A stretch of DNA of 64,000 nt, from positions 186,001 to 250,000 of the forward strand of contig OZ374562.1 in assembly GCA_977862235.1 (NCBI GenBank), written 5' to 3'. The first letter of the stretch is position 1. Every line of letters starts with the position of its first letter. This document shows positions 21,399-32,108 of this stretch, one piece after another. A program made the position numbers and the translations under genes. The notes beneath the pieces are model-generated. The model was given only the letters and a program-made list of their open reading frames with translations, did no database searches and was not told the DNA's origin. Source of the stretch: Dudresnaya verticillata. Taxonomy: Eukaryota.

Positions 21399-22745
21399 TC
21401 ATGACGCGATCTTAGATGAGCACTCCTCTTCTGTTTCCTGTCCCAACTCGCTCAATGGCGTTAGCTCTCGAAGTAGAGTGTCGAAGGTGAAATCTCCCTC
21501 AACCTCTCCTTGGTTAGGCAGAGTCCCAGATTGAGTTAGGGCTCTCTGTTGCTCCATAACGTCGACAACGGCTCCTCTAAAGGAGAAAATCGGCTTTGCT
21601 CTGTATACACGAATTGCCTTCAATGCCTTGAGAATGGTGTGCAGTCCTCTGATATAACCTTCGTCACGCTCCATACCCCTCGGGAGGGGTCCAGTATGAG
21701 CGAAGTCAATCATGCGCACATCGCATTTTGTTTGTCTAGTAAGTCCAGAAATCTGATCTTCACTGAGATGCAGTGACGGTTTGATCAGGTGCAACTTTCG
21801 CAAGGCACGAGCCCACCGCATATGAGGAGCACGGTTATCGTTATCGTAAATAAGAAGGATCGATGAACCGATGAATCGATATTTGTCGTTCTTCTGGAAC
21901 TGTTGCAGGATTCCTTCGATAGCTAGTTGGAAGCGAAGCGCCACGTCCGTTCGAACACCAGATTCGTCCGTGAGAAAAAAAGTAAGCACGTCCTGCAGAG
22001 AAACGTTAACCTGCGCAGAGATTGAGTGACTCTGAGCTTTGGTACCCTTGACTCTCTTCTTCTCCAGGGTGCGGTACATGCTAAGGCCTTCGAGTCTGAC
22101 ACCAGCGGATTTTGAGCGAGTCACGAGATCCAGAGCTGTCATCTTCAGCTTCTTGAGTAAGCTGGATTCGTCATCCTCCACGGTCTGCACGCCCATTTTC
22201 AGGTCCATAACACACGGACGAGAAAAGCCATGGGTAAGATTCTCGATCTTGATGGCATCTCCACCAACACGGCCGTAGAAAATTGGCAGTAGCGATGACG
22301 GCCATTGACCCTCTTCTGCGAACTCATAAAACCTGGCTTCACGATCGGTAACCTTCTTCACAAGGGTACTGCCCTCTGTCTTGAACGTACCGTCATGACC
22401 ACCTGCCTGATCAAAACTGGGACCTGAAGCCGCGCCCTCATCATCACCACCACTAGTGACAGCATCCTTCCCCTCGATCGGAACGAGATTGAACGTTGCC
22501 GGAATGACCTTTTGGCCGCGTTGCGACATTGAGATATCATCATCAACAACTTCTTCCTCGCGGCTGGACGAGGACCCGACCGAATCGCGCTTGAATATCG
22601 TGACGAGGGTCTCCATGCTTTTTGTCGATGAGTGCCGAGATGGGCGCTGGCGGGAAAAAGACGGGAGCGAGGCTAGCGTCGAGCCAGGTGGATTGGAGTC
22701 CTTCGACTGTCCCCGCCCGGAGACCGGCTTGCGAGTCAACCGCAT
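21399..22745 (-). CDS. Inositol polyphosphate kinase (IPK family: IPMK/IP6K-like)
   Basis: IENLTHGFSRPCVMDLKMG (PxxxDxKxG), GSSILLIYD, VRMIDFAH. First ATG at 22745, alternative at 22616. Confidence 0.9.
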   Translation of the reverse strand: MRLTRKPVSGRGQSKDSNPPGSTLASLPSFSRQRPSRHSSTKSMETLVTIFKRDSVGSSSSREEEVVDDDISMSQRGQKVIPATFNLVPIEGKDAVTSGGDDEGAASGPSFDQAGGHDGTFKTEGSTLVKKVTDREARFYEFAEEGQWPSSLLPIFYGRVGGDAIKIENLTHGFSRPCVMDLKMGVQTVEDDESSLLKKLKMTALDLVTRSKSAGVRLEGLSMYRTLEKKRVKGTKAQSHSISAQVNVSLQDVLTFFLTDESGVRTDVALRFQLAIEGILQQFQKNDKYRFIGSSILLIYDNDNRAPHMRWARALRKLHLIKPSLHLSEDQISGLTRQTKCDVRMIDFAHTGPLPRGMERDEGYIRGLHTILKALKAIRVYRAKPIFSFRGAVVDVMEQQRALTQSGTLPNQGEVEGDFTFDTLLRELTPLSELGQETEEECSSKIAS

Positions 22746-25295
22746 GGCTCGGCGCTTGTGCACGATTGCGCGTGCGTGCGGAGAAAGGGGCGAGTCGGCC
22801 CGGAGACGACGGCCTTAACTGAAGGTCGGGAGGCAGGGGCAAAAGTGCTTCCTGGCGGGCTGGGAACACTCTCACCTCGAGAACTGTGTTTCTGGGTGTG
22901 ATGCCTTCGAGAATCGGTAGCGACGTTCAGTGAACAAAGCTGCAGCTGCAGCTGCGTCTGCTTGTAGGAAAGTTCAAATAGGCTTTGTGGGAAGAGATTT
23001 TCACAGCTGCGCATGAAGAATGTGTTTAAATGGTCGAACAGGGAAACGCCAGCAAGCGCCACCTGGAAAGGAATGCCAAATCGTGGAATGCAGGCGCCAA
23101 AATAGGGAGCAAATTCAATTCCGAACAACTGTGGTAGGTGCCGCAGGCCATCTGTCTCCTTGTTGTACAGTATTTTATTCTACTTCTACGGTGTGCACGC
23201 GGTGCACGCATAGCGTGAAGGTTGCTTTCTGCGGTCTCGTGAGCGATGCGCGTAACAGAAACCAGACTAAGACCCCCACGGTACTCCAATTTCTGGGCAT
23301 TGGCCCTGCCCTTCGAAACAGAGCGACAGAGTACAAGTTGTACCAATAATACAATACAAAAGCCTTCGCACTTTGTGTCTGGAGAGCGACGATGACAAAG
23401 GCGAAAAAAAAGTGATTCAATGGGAATTTGACACCGAACAGGGGGAAGCGGGAAGTGTGCTTCTGCTGATTCGATGCGGGCACGTGATTGTCCCAGGAAA
23501 GGGCTCACCATTCCTTCTCATTACAGACGAGCTTGTGGGAACGTGAGGGATCGGGACACCATTCGCAAAGAGCACAGCTGTACGTCTAGACCATGTCAAA
23601 CTTTGCCTCCCCGAGAGGGGGAAAGAACGAGCGAGATGTCTCGTTCTCTAAGGGCTGACCGCAATCCAAACACTCAGCATCACGGAAAATGAGTCTACAT
23701 TGTTGACCCCCGTCGTTGCCAGTCGGTGCGAGGTCGGCCCAACTGTGCGCTGAACTCAGCATAGGAAGCCGTTGTCAGAATTGGTTATGGGGCCAACGAC
23801 GAGCTCTTTCAGCGAGGGTCGCTTTCTGAAACGAGCTGTAGGGCGAGTGCCAATCTGGAGGCCAGGCTCTAGCGTTGAACGGCAGGGAACGGAATGCATG
23901 CAAGAACAACGAACGAGATATCGCTGTTCGTGAGTACTGCTGAGGGTGTGATATTGAGGAGCTGCATTGCACTGTTTGCCTCGTCCGTCAGCCGGTGCCA
24001 TCACCACGGGGCATTGCCCGTGAGGTATCGCTGTGGGCTGTGGGTGGCTAGCAGAATCAGCGTTGGGCGGGACCCTCACACCTCGCACGTGGTCAGTGGC
24101 AAAATGCGGATTCCGGCCAATGGGAATTTGTGCAGACCATCCAATAACAATCTCCCAGCAATAATCTTCCTTGTTGCTCTCATTGGCTTTCGACTATAGT
24201 GCCACCCTCATATGTTTTTATTCTTGTTGGCATCAAACCCCCTGTTTTTCCTTTATTTTTGCGACGCGAAGAGTTGAAGAGTTTCTCAAACCCACGATTT
24301 CAACATTGCTTACAGCATGTTCAATGTACTGTAAGTGTTTCGTTTTTTAGAATGTTTGGAGAAAATGAGAAATGGTATTCTGAATTTTCAATCCACACTA
24401 ATAATAGAGATGCGGGCAAAACTCGGCTTACACTGTCGAAGAGAGGCCCAGTCGAACAAACTCGAGACGCCGGGATTGCACATTGCGACTGGGATTTTCC
24501 AGGTGCCACGCGGCCGTTGGCCGCGTGGCCGACGCCATCCTGCGTCCAGGCTGCCACATCCATTCTCCACATGGCAGGGTTTGCTTGCCTCGTGGATTGG
24601 CCTCGTGGAGCGGCGGGGAAATGTGAGGCAGTCTGTCGATTGGTCCTGGGAGCAGGCATGGCTAGCGATTGCCAGCAAGGCCTGCATCGACAGCACATAC
24701 ACGTGGTATGGCAACTCGGGAGGTATTAGCGCGCATAGAGCCAATCAGAGAGAAGAAGTTGTGTTTAGCTGACACTGGTCCCAGTGCATGTTTATTCCTT
24801 TTTTTATAATTATATTTTTAACGCAAGGGAACCAAGCTGTAAGTTTTGCCCTTACGGACCACCCGCCGGAAATTTGTGCTGTAGTACAAGCTGCCACGTC
24901 GCGCAGACCGGGAAAGAGTCCACAGAAGTCGACAGTAGTGTCGGCACACGGATGGGCGTCCGCCGGGCCCCACACGGAAGGAGCCCGAAAAACATCCGAA
25001 ATTCGAACGTCCGCACAACCGTCTTGTGCAGCGAAGAAGTGTATCGCACCGGCAACCTCGTGACGACCGGACGGGGGTCGTGCTCCGCTTTGTCCAGTAG
25101 CCGTTGCAGTCCATTCGCCACCGCCCCGCACATTCCCGCACCCTTTGCAACCCTTGCGAACGTTGGCTTCCCAGCCTCTTCGCACCCACCCACACTAACC
25201 CCCCGGCCAGGTAAAACGCCCGCGTCGCCGCACCTCGCAACATCCAACGCCCAACTCTCCCGTATCTTTCGGTCCCCCGTCTTTCTGTGCCCGCC

Positions 25296-26408
25296 ATGGT
25301 CGACCTGCGCTACGCCGCAGACTCCAAGGAATCCGACTGGCTCACCCGCCGCAGCGTGACCCGCTCGGGCCTGTTCGCAAAGCCAGATACCACTGCCAAG
25401 CGCCTCTTCTTCAAGCTACGCGGCGCCACGCTTGCCGCCCACCCCGACGAATCGTACCCAGAGCTGTGGCGCTCCGTCATCAAGGAGGTCCGCTCGGTCG
25501 AACCAGAAACTCGCCAGGTTGCGCTTCGCTTGGAGAAATGTGTCATTGTGCTTGCTGCAGATGACTTGTCCACTTTTGAGCGCTGGGTCGACGCACTCGG
25601 TCGCTCCGCAGGCACAGAGTTTGAACGCTTTTACAAACGGGAACGCACTATCGGCAAAGGCCACTTTTCGCAGGTCTACCTGGCCGCTGATCGCAACACG
25701 GGTGACAAATTCGCAGTGAAGATTATCAAGAAGGATAAGAACGACCTTGAGAAGAGCAAAAAGTTCATTCGACGCGAGGTGAAGGTCTTGTCCATCACTG
25801 ACCATGCCAACCTTGTCAAAGCAGTGGACTTCTTCTCCTCTGCGGGAAAGCCCCATATCGTTATGGAGTACGTTCCGGGTGGTTCGTTGCGAGACTTGAT
25901 ACGAAAGAGGAAGCGTTTAACCGAGTCCGAGGCCCGTCCAGTCTTGCGCGGCGTTCTTTCTGGCATTGCATACATGCATGAGTTGAATATCGTTCACCGC
26001 GATATCAAGCCTGAAAACATTCTCATGCAAAGGCCAGACCTGCCAAAGATCACAGACTTTGGGTTGGCCACTTTCCGCAACGAAGATAAGCATATCCATT
26101 CTGTCGTTGGCACGCCGTCGTACGTTGCACCCGAGATTATCCGCAATATCCCTTATGGCCCGCCAGCGGATGTGTGGTCTTGCGGTATTGTATTGTACTT
26201 TATGCTGGCAGGGGAGCGTCCATTTACTGGGGAGACTCGAGAAGATATCAAGCGCGCAGTGCTCGCAGGTGATCTCAGGTTTCCGAGCCAGTTGTTTGGC
26301 ACATGCTCTCCAGAAATCAAGCATCTCATCAATCTTATGCTGAGCTACGACCAGAAGTCGCGTGTCTCAGCGCGAGATGCCTTGACTCACCCATGGTTAT
26401 TGCGCTGA
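25296..26408 (+). CDS. PH-domain-containing CAMK-group Ser/Thr protein kinase
   Basis: N-terminal PH-like RSGLFAK...KRLFFKLRG...FERWVDAL. Kinase motifs GKGHFS, FAVK, HRDIKPEN, DFG, GTPSYVAPE, DVWSCG all intact. Confidence 0.92.
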   Translation: MVDLRYAADSKESDWLTRRSVTRSGLFAKPDTTAKRLFFKLRGATLAAHPDESYPELWRSVIKEVRSVEPETRQVALRLEKCVIVLAADDLSTFERWVDALGRSAGTEFERFYKRERTIGKGHFSQVYLAADRNTGDKFAVKIIKKDKNDLEKSKKFIRREVKVLSITDHANLVKAVDFFSSAGKPHIVMEYVPGGSLRDLIRKRKRLTESEARPVLRGVLSGIAYMHELNIVHRDIKPENILMQRPDLPKITDFGLATFRNEDKHIHSVVGTPSYVAPEIIRNIPYGPPADVWSCGIVLYFMLAGERPFTGETREDIKRAVLAGDLRFPSQLFGTCSPEIKHLINLMLSYDQKSRVSARDALTHPWLLR

Positions 26409-27997
26409 CGCAGCTGCGTTGCTCCACCATGGTGTTGAGTTTTTGTCGCGGTTGCCCCTGACGCCGCTGCTTCTGATAGGTCTAACTCTGAGGTCTACAA
26501 GAAAGGAATGCTCTTAGCTCAGTTCTCTTGGGCCCTTTCATGTGGGCACTGCTTCGATTTTGCTGTTAACTATATTTGTTCTCCTCGCGAAGTTTGAGCA
26601 CCGACTTCGATGCGCCATATGTTGGGGACCGATGGCACAGTTTGGCACGCGTGTTTGATGTTACCAAGGCGGCGATATGCGTGCAAATAGGCTAGTGAAT
26701 ATGGTTCAGTAACGCTTATTAAACCCTACGTGAAGCATCTCTTCACAACAACATGGGCCTGTTCTGTTTTCCCAACAGGAAGAATCACCCTCCACATGAC
26801 TATTTAGTTCTGAGAAGGTATTCGACTCTAAAAGCGATGTGCACGTAATGGAAGTAGAATGACGAAGTGTCAGGACGGGCTTGGATTCGAAGAAAGTTAG
26901 TCCTTCCCTTCCAGAACTAGCATGCTCTTGCCACGTGTCATGAAAGTGTCTTCAACCCCATACGGAACAGAGCTCCTCTCGCACAGGTGACGTCAACTGC
27001 TGGAGTTCATCGCAGGAGTAACGGAAACTTCTCCGTGGGTCTTGACTGGATGGTCACATACATGTATATGCGATGACCTGCAAGGAGTTTGGCTCAAGCA
27101 TCGTTATTCGTTCATGACAGCAGCTTGGTGGTCCACTGCTGGGACTCTGCTTTCGCGACAAAACGAGCAACTCAAGCAGGGAAAAACTTTACGTGCAGGA
27201 ATAAGTGTATCGGCCAACGGTGGTGCTCCCTTCGCTGTGCTACTTCATCGCTTCCTCTGGAACATGTGCTGCGTAGCAGCTCCAAAGAGACATTCGTGTG
27301 GATTGGGTAAATGCATTGGCAAGGCGGGGTGTGCAATGTTACCGTAGGAGAAAGGAGTGTCGGTCATAGGATGGGTTCTGTTCTGTTCCACTATTTGGAA
27401 TTGTTCAACGAGGAAAGTGTGCTTCCTAGAAAGAGTCTTGCAAGCTTCATGTGCTATGGAGTGGAGAGAATGTGCTGCTCTTTACAGGTACCAGTATTTG
27501 CACGGCAGGCCGGCCGGACTGTGTCTATTTGGAGCGCAGTGGCCAGTATGATACAGCCAGCTCTGTGAGGGACCAAGATGCAGGTTCCGTGGAGAGGTCA
27601 CCCCCGATCTGCTCGCAAAGGCAACATCCAACCAACAGAAGGCCAGGAGGGCGGCAAAAAAGTGACTTGTTTCAGTTTCGAAAACACTGTGGGCTCACTT
27701 TTCGATAAAAGATGGACATGTGCCTTTCATTCATTCGCTAATAATTGAATACTAGAAAATGTTTCAAGTTTCAGAGAAAACCAAAATGTTTTAGTTTTCT
27801 CTGATTTTCCCGTCGTCGACCGCCCGATCGACGCTCGCTCGCCGCTCGCCATTGCACCTTTTGCTGGGCATCACCGACCCTGGCCGCAGTCACCGTCCAA
27901 CCCGCAGTCACCCCCCCTACTTCGTGCTACGCAGCTTGCAACCTTTGCTTTTGCTCATCCTATTTCTTCCTGCCTTACACAAAAATCTATCTGCAAC

Positions 27998-28168
27998 ATG
28001 GGTCATGAGAACATCTGGGGATCCCACCCGAAGGGCTACGGCAAGGGCTCTCGCGCCTGCCGTACCTGTGGCTCGCGCATCGGCGTCATTCGCAAGTATG
28101 GGCTAGACATCTGCCGTCGTTGCTTCAAAGAGAATGCCGACAAGATCGGTTTCATTAAGTATCGCTAA
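27998..28168 (+). CDS. RPS29: 40S ribosomal protein S29 (uS14), 56 aa
   Basis: [56 protein letters not shown] with a CxxC...CxxC zinc finger. Below the ORF-track length cutoff. Confidence 0.97.
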   Translation: MGHENIWGSHPKGYGKGSRACRTCGSRIGVIRKYGLDICRRCFKENADKIGFIKYR

Positions 28169-28664
28169 GTTTTGGGGCATCGCACGCAATGCTTGAAGGA
28201 GGACGTCACCGAATCCCGGGGGGAAGACTGGAGCGCGTTGAAGCCAGGCCGAGAGCAATTCTCGATAACGACGGGAAGCTGTCGGTGGTTGCGGTGGCGG
28301 AGCAGGTGCATCTTCACAATGACAGCGCTAAGGGCGCATGACCAAGAAATTCTGTGCATAGGAGCACTGAAACGCCTGTCTTTGGTGCACTAGAGCGTTG
28401 GAAGATCCGATCGAACTTGCGCCGAGTGCACGCGAACCGACCTTGTACATGTGCTACGCCATTCGTTGGTATCTCTGGTAAAGCTTGTCTATACTCTGCG
28501 AGGACTCTGCCTTTTTCAGACTACGTGGGCAATACGAAGTTGCTTGAATAAGCCGTGCATTCTACACGACTCATTGTGCAAAGGCGCTTACGATCCTTTA
28601 TTCTTAAACTTGTGTAGTAGCATTGGCCCAAGAATTCATCGCACCTCAGCCGTTTTTTGTATAT

Positions 28665-29576
28665 CTACTTCTTAGGCTCGGGTTCTTTGACCTTGATCGT
28701 CACCTTCACATCAGACGCAGGTGCGGGTGGGGGTGTCGTTGACGTAGCTTCGCCTTTGGGTTTCACCCGAACAACAAACTTTGCGGACGCGGTCTCTTCA
28801 GTAACTTCCTGCCCGATTTCCGGAGAGCCATGGATACTCTCGTCGTCATCCTCTTCTGTGTCATCTTCTTCGAGCTCGGTAGCTTCATCTAGGATCTCCA
28901 CAATGGACTGCATTCTTGTGTATTCCTCATTCGCCATGAAGAAGCGCTTCTCAGGCGTTTGCTCGAAAATGTTCTCAGCAATTTCAACGGGCAAGTCACC
29001 TTTGAGACTTGCAATGTTCGCGTCCGCGCCGACCTCAACAAGGAGACGAACCGTGTCCAGTTTCTTGTACCCAGTTGCCATGTGCAGTGGTGTGAATCCC
29101 ATCATGTCCTGCATGTTGGTGTTCGCACCAGCATCAATGAGCTTTTGGCAAACGGTAGGTAGGCCATTTCCTGCGCAGAAGTGCAACGCGGTCCGCTTGT
29201 TCACATCCATCACGTTCGGATCTTGCCCATCTGCGATCATTGCTTCTATTTCCTCAACTTCCGCATTGTAGCATGCCGTAATAAACTTTGCGTCTGGTTC
29301 AGAGAGGCCTGCCGTTGACACACCGGCCGCAGTTGGTGCCTGTGATGGACCCTGCAGTTCTGTGTTTTCATCCTCTTCTGCCCCTTCTTCCACATTTGCT
29401 GACCCGTTCCCTGCAGCGGTCATCATTGCAATCTTCGGCGACACGCGATGCTTTCGCGGCACATTCACGGCCCCCAGCCTTTGAATGGCTTTACCTGTTC
29501 CATTGTAGCCGAGGAAGGTGCTGGCGTTTATGCCACCGCTTGGCGTGACGAATGCCATTGTCGACATGCTCTCCAT
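28665..29576 (-). CDS. Plastid-targeted ankyrin-repeat protein, cpSRP43-like core
   Basis: MAFV-type transit peptide (ATGs at 29576/29567/29558). Ankyrin repeats RTALHFCAGNG, FTPLHMATGY, GADANIASLKG. Acidic flanks. Confidence 0.85.
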   Translation of the reverse strand: MESMSTMAFVTPSGGINASTFLGYNGTGKAIQRLGAVNVPRKHRVSPKIAMMTAAGNGSANVEEGAEEDENTELQGPSQAPTAAGVSTAGLSEPDAKFITACYNAEVEEIEAMIADGQDPNVMDVNKRTALHFCAGNGLPTVCQKLIDAGANTNMQDMMGFTPLHMATGYKKLDTVRLLVEVGADANIASLKGDLPVEIAENIFEQTPEKRFFMANEEYTRMQSIVEILDEATELEEDDTEEDDDESIHGSPEIGQEVTEETASAKFVVRVKPKGEATSTTPPPAPASDVKVTIKVKEPEPKK

Positions 29577-30223
29577 TTTCAAAGCTGAGTTGGCGTTACG
29601 GAGTTCGAATCCTCTTGTCGCGTGCTCTGCGTCAAGCGCTGAAGGCAGTTTTGAGCTGTCAACAGCTGAAGCCCAACGTGCCTCTACGTCGCCGAAACGT
29701 CAAGCGCGGAGACTACGCATTTGAACGGGCTTCGTGGGGCTCAAAAACCCCTGGCCTTGAATCAGAGCGCCTGACAATAGCGCCACCACACAAGATCTCA
29801 AAATTCAGGGAACGATTTATCACGAGGCAAGGGGCATATTTGCGTTTCCTCTCCAGTTCTCGCTCTTGGAGGCAGCGCTTGTCGTCGCTCTGTGGTTCGC
29901 TCTTCGTGTTGAGGTCACCCCACGGTGGCTTTCCAAAGACATATTCCTTGTGTATGTAGGCATATCTGGACTACTGCGCTACCATCCACAGGTTGCTCTA
30001 CGCGGGACATCGTCGCTCATTACGGTTGCAGAATCCGTTTGCGTATTCAGACTGCTACACTCCTGACAAGTTACGAAGAATAACTCGTTTTCTCCACACT
30101 GGGGCATTGGGAAGCGCAGCTGTTTTCTGGCTATCTGGGCGAAGACTGTTTCTTAGTCAGGTGTTACCTTGCGAGCTTTAATGTACAAAAAGCTTTCTGG
30201 AACTGATCCAGAATCAGAAAGTG

Positions 30224-31786
30224 TTATCGGGCAATCAGAAGCGAGAGGAATCCACGCTCAGCGACACCAGCACGAACATCCTCAATGGGAACCCTTAACC
30301 GGACAGCCTTAGACCGTAATGTCTTGGGTGAGTTCTTGCCTCTCCTCCGGCTTTCTGGTACTTCAAGTAGTCCATGATGTACCAGCGCATTGGAACAAAT
30401 GTCAGCAAACTCCTGGAAAGGTACGCCAGATACTCTTGTCCGTGCACACATTCTAGAGAACGAGTCATACAGGCCACCCAAGGTTGCCTTGCGATTCAGC
30501 GGTTTCCTGCCTGGCCTGGCAGTCACCGGAGCGCCATCGCCGAAAACGACGGCATTCGCTGCGACGCACAGCGCGAGTTGTTGTTGCACAGGCAACTGCT
30601 TGATAGTATCCACTGCAGCCGACATGCCTCCTCGTTTGTTGAGAATGGACGACACAACTGAAATGGCATTGCTTGCTTTGCCATCTTCGCGACGCAGCGT
30701 CACCTCTGCCTCGCGGCATACATCAAGGACAAGCCGTGCATCACCGCTACCAGCCGCAACCTTCTTAGCGGCCAGGGACACTGCGACTGTATTTAAGCGA
30801 CCGTCACCGCCCTGTTGCAAGCGTTGGCCCACTATAGCGGTGAGAGCGGCCGAGTCATATGGTGTGAACTGCACAACTATGGGCATGCAGCGGTTGGCAC
30901 GAAGCCAAGGCAGGAGGCGGACTGGAAGGTCAATCGCGTTTGCAATACCCACCAATACCAGGCGCGACTTGGGCAGATGCGGCCACTCGAAAGCAGCATA
31001 CAAAACCCTCTGGTCGCGCGACGAAAGAAAGTCAACCTCATCCAGGACGAGGACCACTCGAGGGCCACTTGATTGCGCAAAGGCGCGGATGGCCGCTTTA
31101 GCAGCATCCGCGTTGGAAGCAGATGGAAGGTTTAGCTTTTGCGCTACCTCAGCGAAGAGATCCCTCGCATTGGACAGATGTGCACAGTTGACCCAGGTAT
31201 GCTGGACTTGCTGCGTTTCTAGCATGGCTGGCAATCCCTGGCTTTCTGCCATGTCTTCTTCAGTCTCGGCATCTGACGGGGTATTGACAGCTTCATCGCC
31301 ATCATCTTGGTACCCTGCTATCCGACGGAGCACGTTGGTGACCGTAAGGGTCTTCCCAGTCCCTGGGGTTCCGCAGACATACAGAGAAGTGGCCGGGTTT
31401 TCCAGGTTGAGGGCTGCAGAGATCAGCGAAGAAATGCGGTTGAAGAGCTGTTGGCGCGCAACGGGCGGGCCATTGGTGTCGAACGATAAGGCCAGATGAG
31501 CAGCACGGGCGGCAGAGGGCTTCTCGACGACCGCGGCTGCAGTGTTGCCCTCGCGGAGGGGAGAAGCAGGGGCAGTTGGCTCGGTACGCGGACGAGCTAC
31601 CTTGACTGGCGTCTCGATGGCAGAGGCGCGCTTCCCGACAGGACCCGTCGCCCGCGGTTTGGCATGTGGGCGCGGCTTGGTGACTCGACCGAAGACGGTA
31701 CCACGACGAGTGACCCGTGGTTGCAGGGTCTGGTTGGCGGAGTCGCGGCGCGGGCGCGTCGACCTTCGTAGCGGGGACAGGGGCAT
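30224..31786 (-). CDS. CDC6: Cell division control protein 6 (AAA+ replication licensing ATPase)
   Basis: SLYVCGTPGTGKT, WVNC, VLVLDEVDFL, LVGIANAIDL, FTPYD, SGDARLVLDVCR and a winged-helix tail. Basic SP/TP-rich N-terminus. Likely ATG at 31786. Confidence 0.9.
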   Translation of the reverse strand: MPLSPLRRSTRPRRDSANQTLQPRVTRRGTVFGRVTKPRPHAKPRATGPVGKRASAIETPVKVARPRTEPTAPASPLREGNTAAAVVEKPSAARAAHLALSFDTNGPPVARQQLFNRISSLISAALNLENPATSLYVCGTPGTGKTLTVTNVLRRIAGYQDDGDEAVNTPSDAETEEDMAESQGLPAMLETQQVQHTWVNCAHLSNARDLFAEVAQKLNLPSASNADAAKAAIRAFAQSSGPRVVLVLDEVDFLSSRDQRVLYAAFEWPHLPKSRLVLVGIANAIDLPVRLLPWLRANRCMPIVVQFTPYDSAALTAIVGQRLQQGGDGRLNTVAVSLAAKKVAAGSGDARLVLDVCREAEVTLRREDGKASNAISVVSSILNKRGGMSAAVDTIKQLPVQQQLALCVAANAVVFGDGAPVTARPGRKPLNRKATLGGLYDSFSRMCARTRVSGVPFQEFADICSNALVHHGLLEVPESRRRGKNSPKTLRSKAVRLRVPIEDVRAGVAERGFLSLLIAR

Positions 31787-31961
31787 GGTGAGAACAGGCG
31801 GTTGATGATGGGCAGTGCTCGATGAGAGGGGTGAGCGTGGTAGTACTCGTGCTGGTACGAGGGTGGGGTAGAAGGGATGCGGCAAGAATAAATGGTGCTC
31901 CGCTTGAAGTGGAGCACGAGCACTCGTTGCGGGCGCGCGGGCTCGAAGCAAAGACGTGATA

Positions 31962-32108
31962 TTTGGCGCGAGCTGTGGCACAAGCTCCCGCCCTCTGCTC
32001 GACCGTACCGCAGCTCGGGTGCACGCCTTTTCCCCTTGTTTTGCGCTAATTTTCGGAAGCCTGTTTTTGGCGCCAAACTTGGCTTGCGCTCGCGGTGAGC
32101 TTCCCGCG
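31962..32108. promoter_or_regulatory. Cluster of E2F-type sites upstream of CDC6
   Basis: TTTGGCGCG (31962), palindromic TTTGGCGCCAAA (32066-32077) and CTTCCCGCG (32100) match or nearly match TTTSSCGS. Confidence 0.65.

Noticed and set aside
30390..31499. 369-aa + strand ORF
   Set aside because: Antisense shadow of CDC6.
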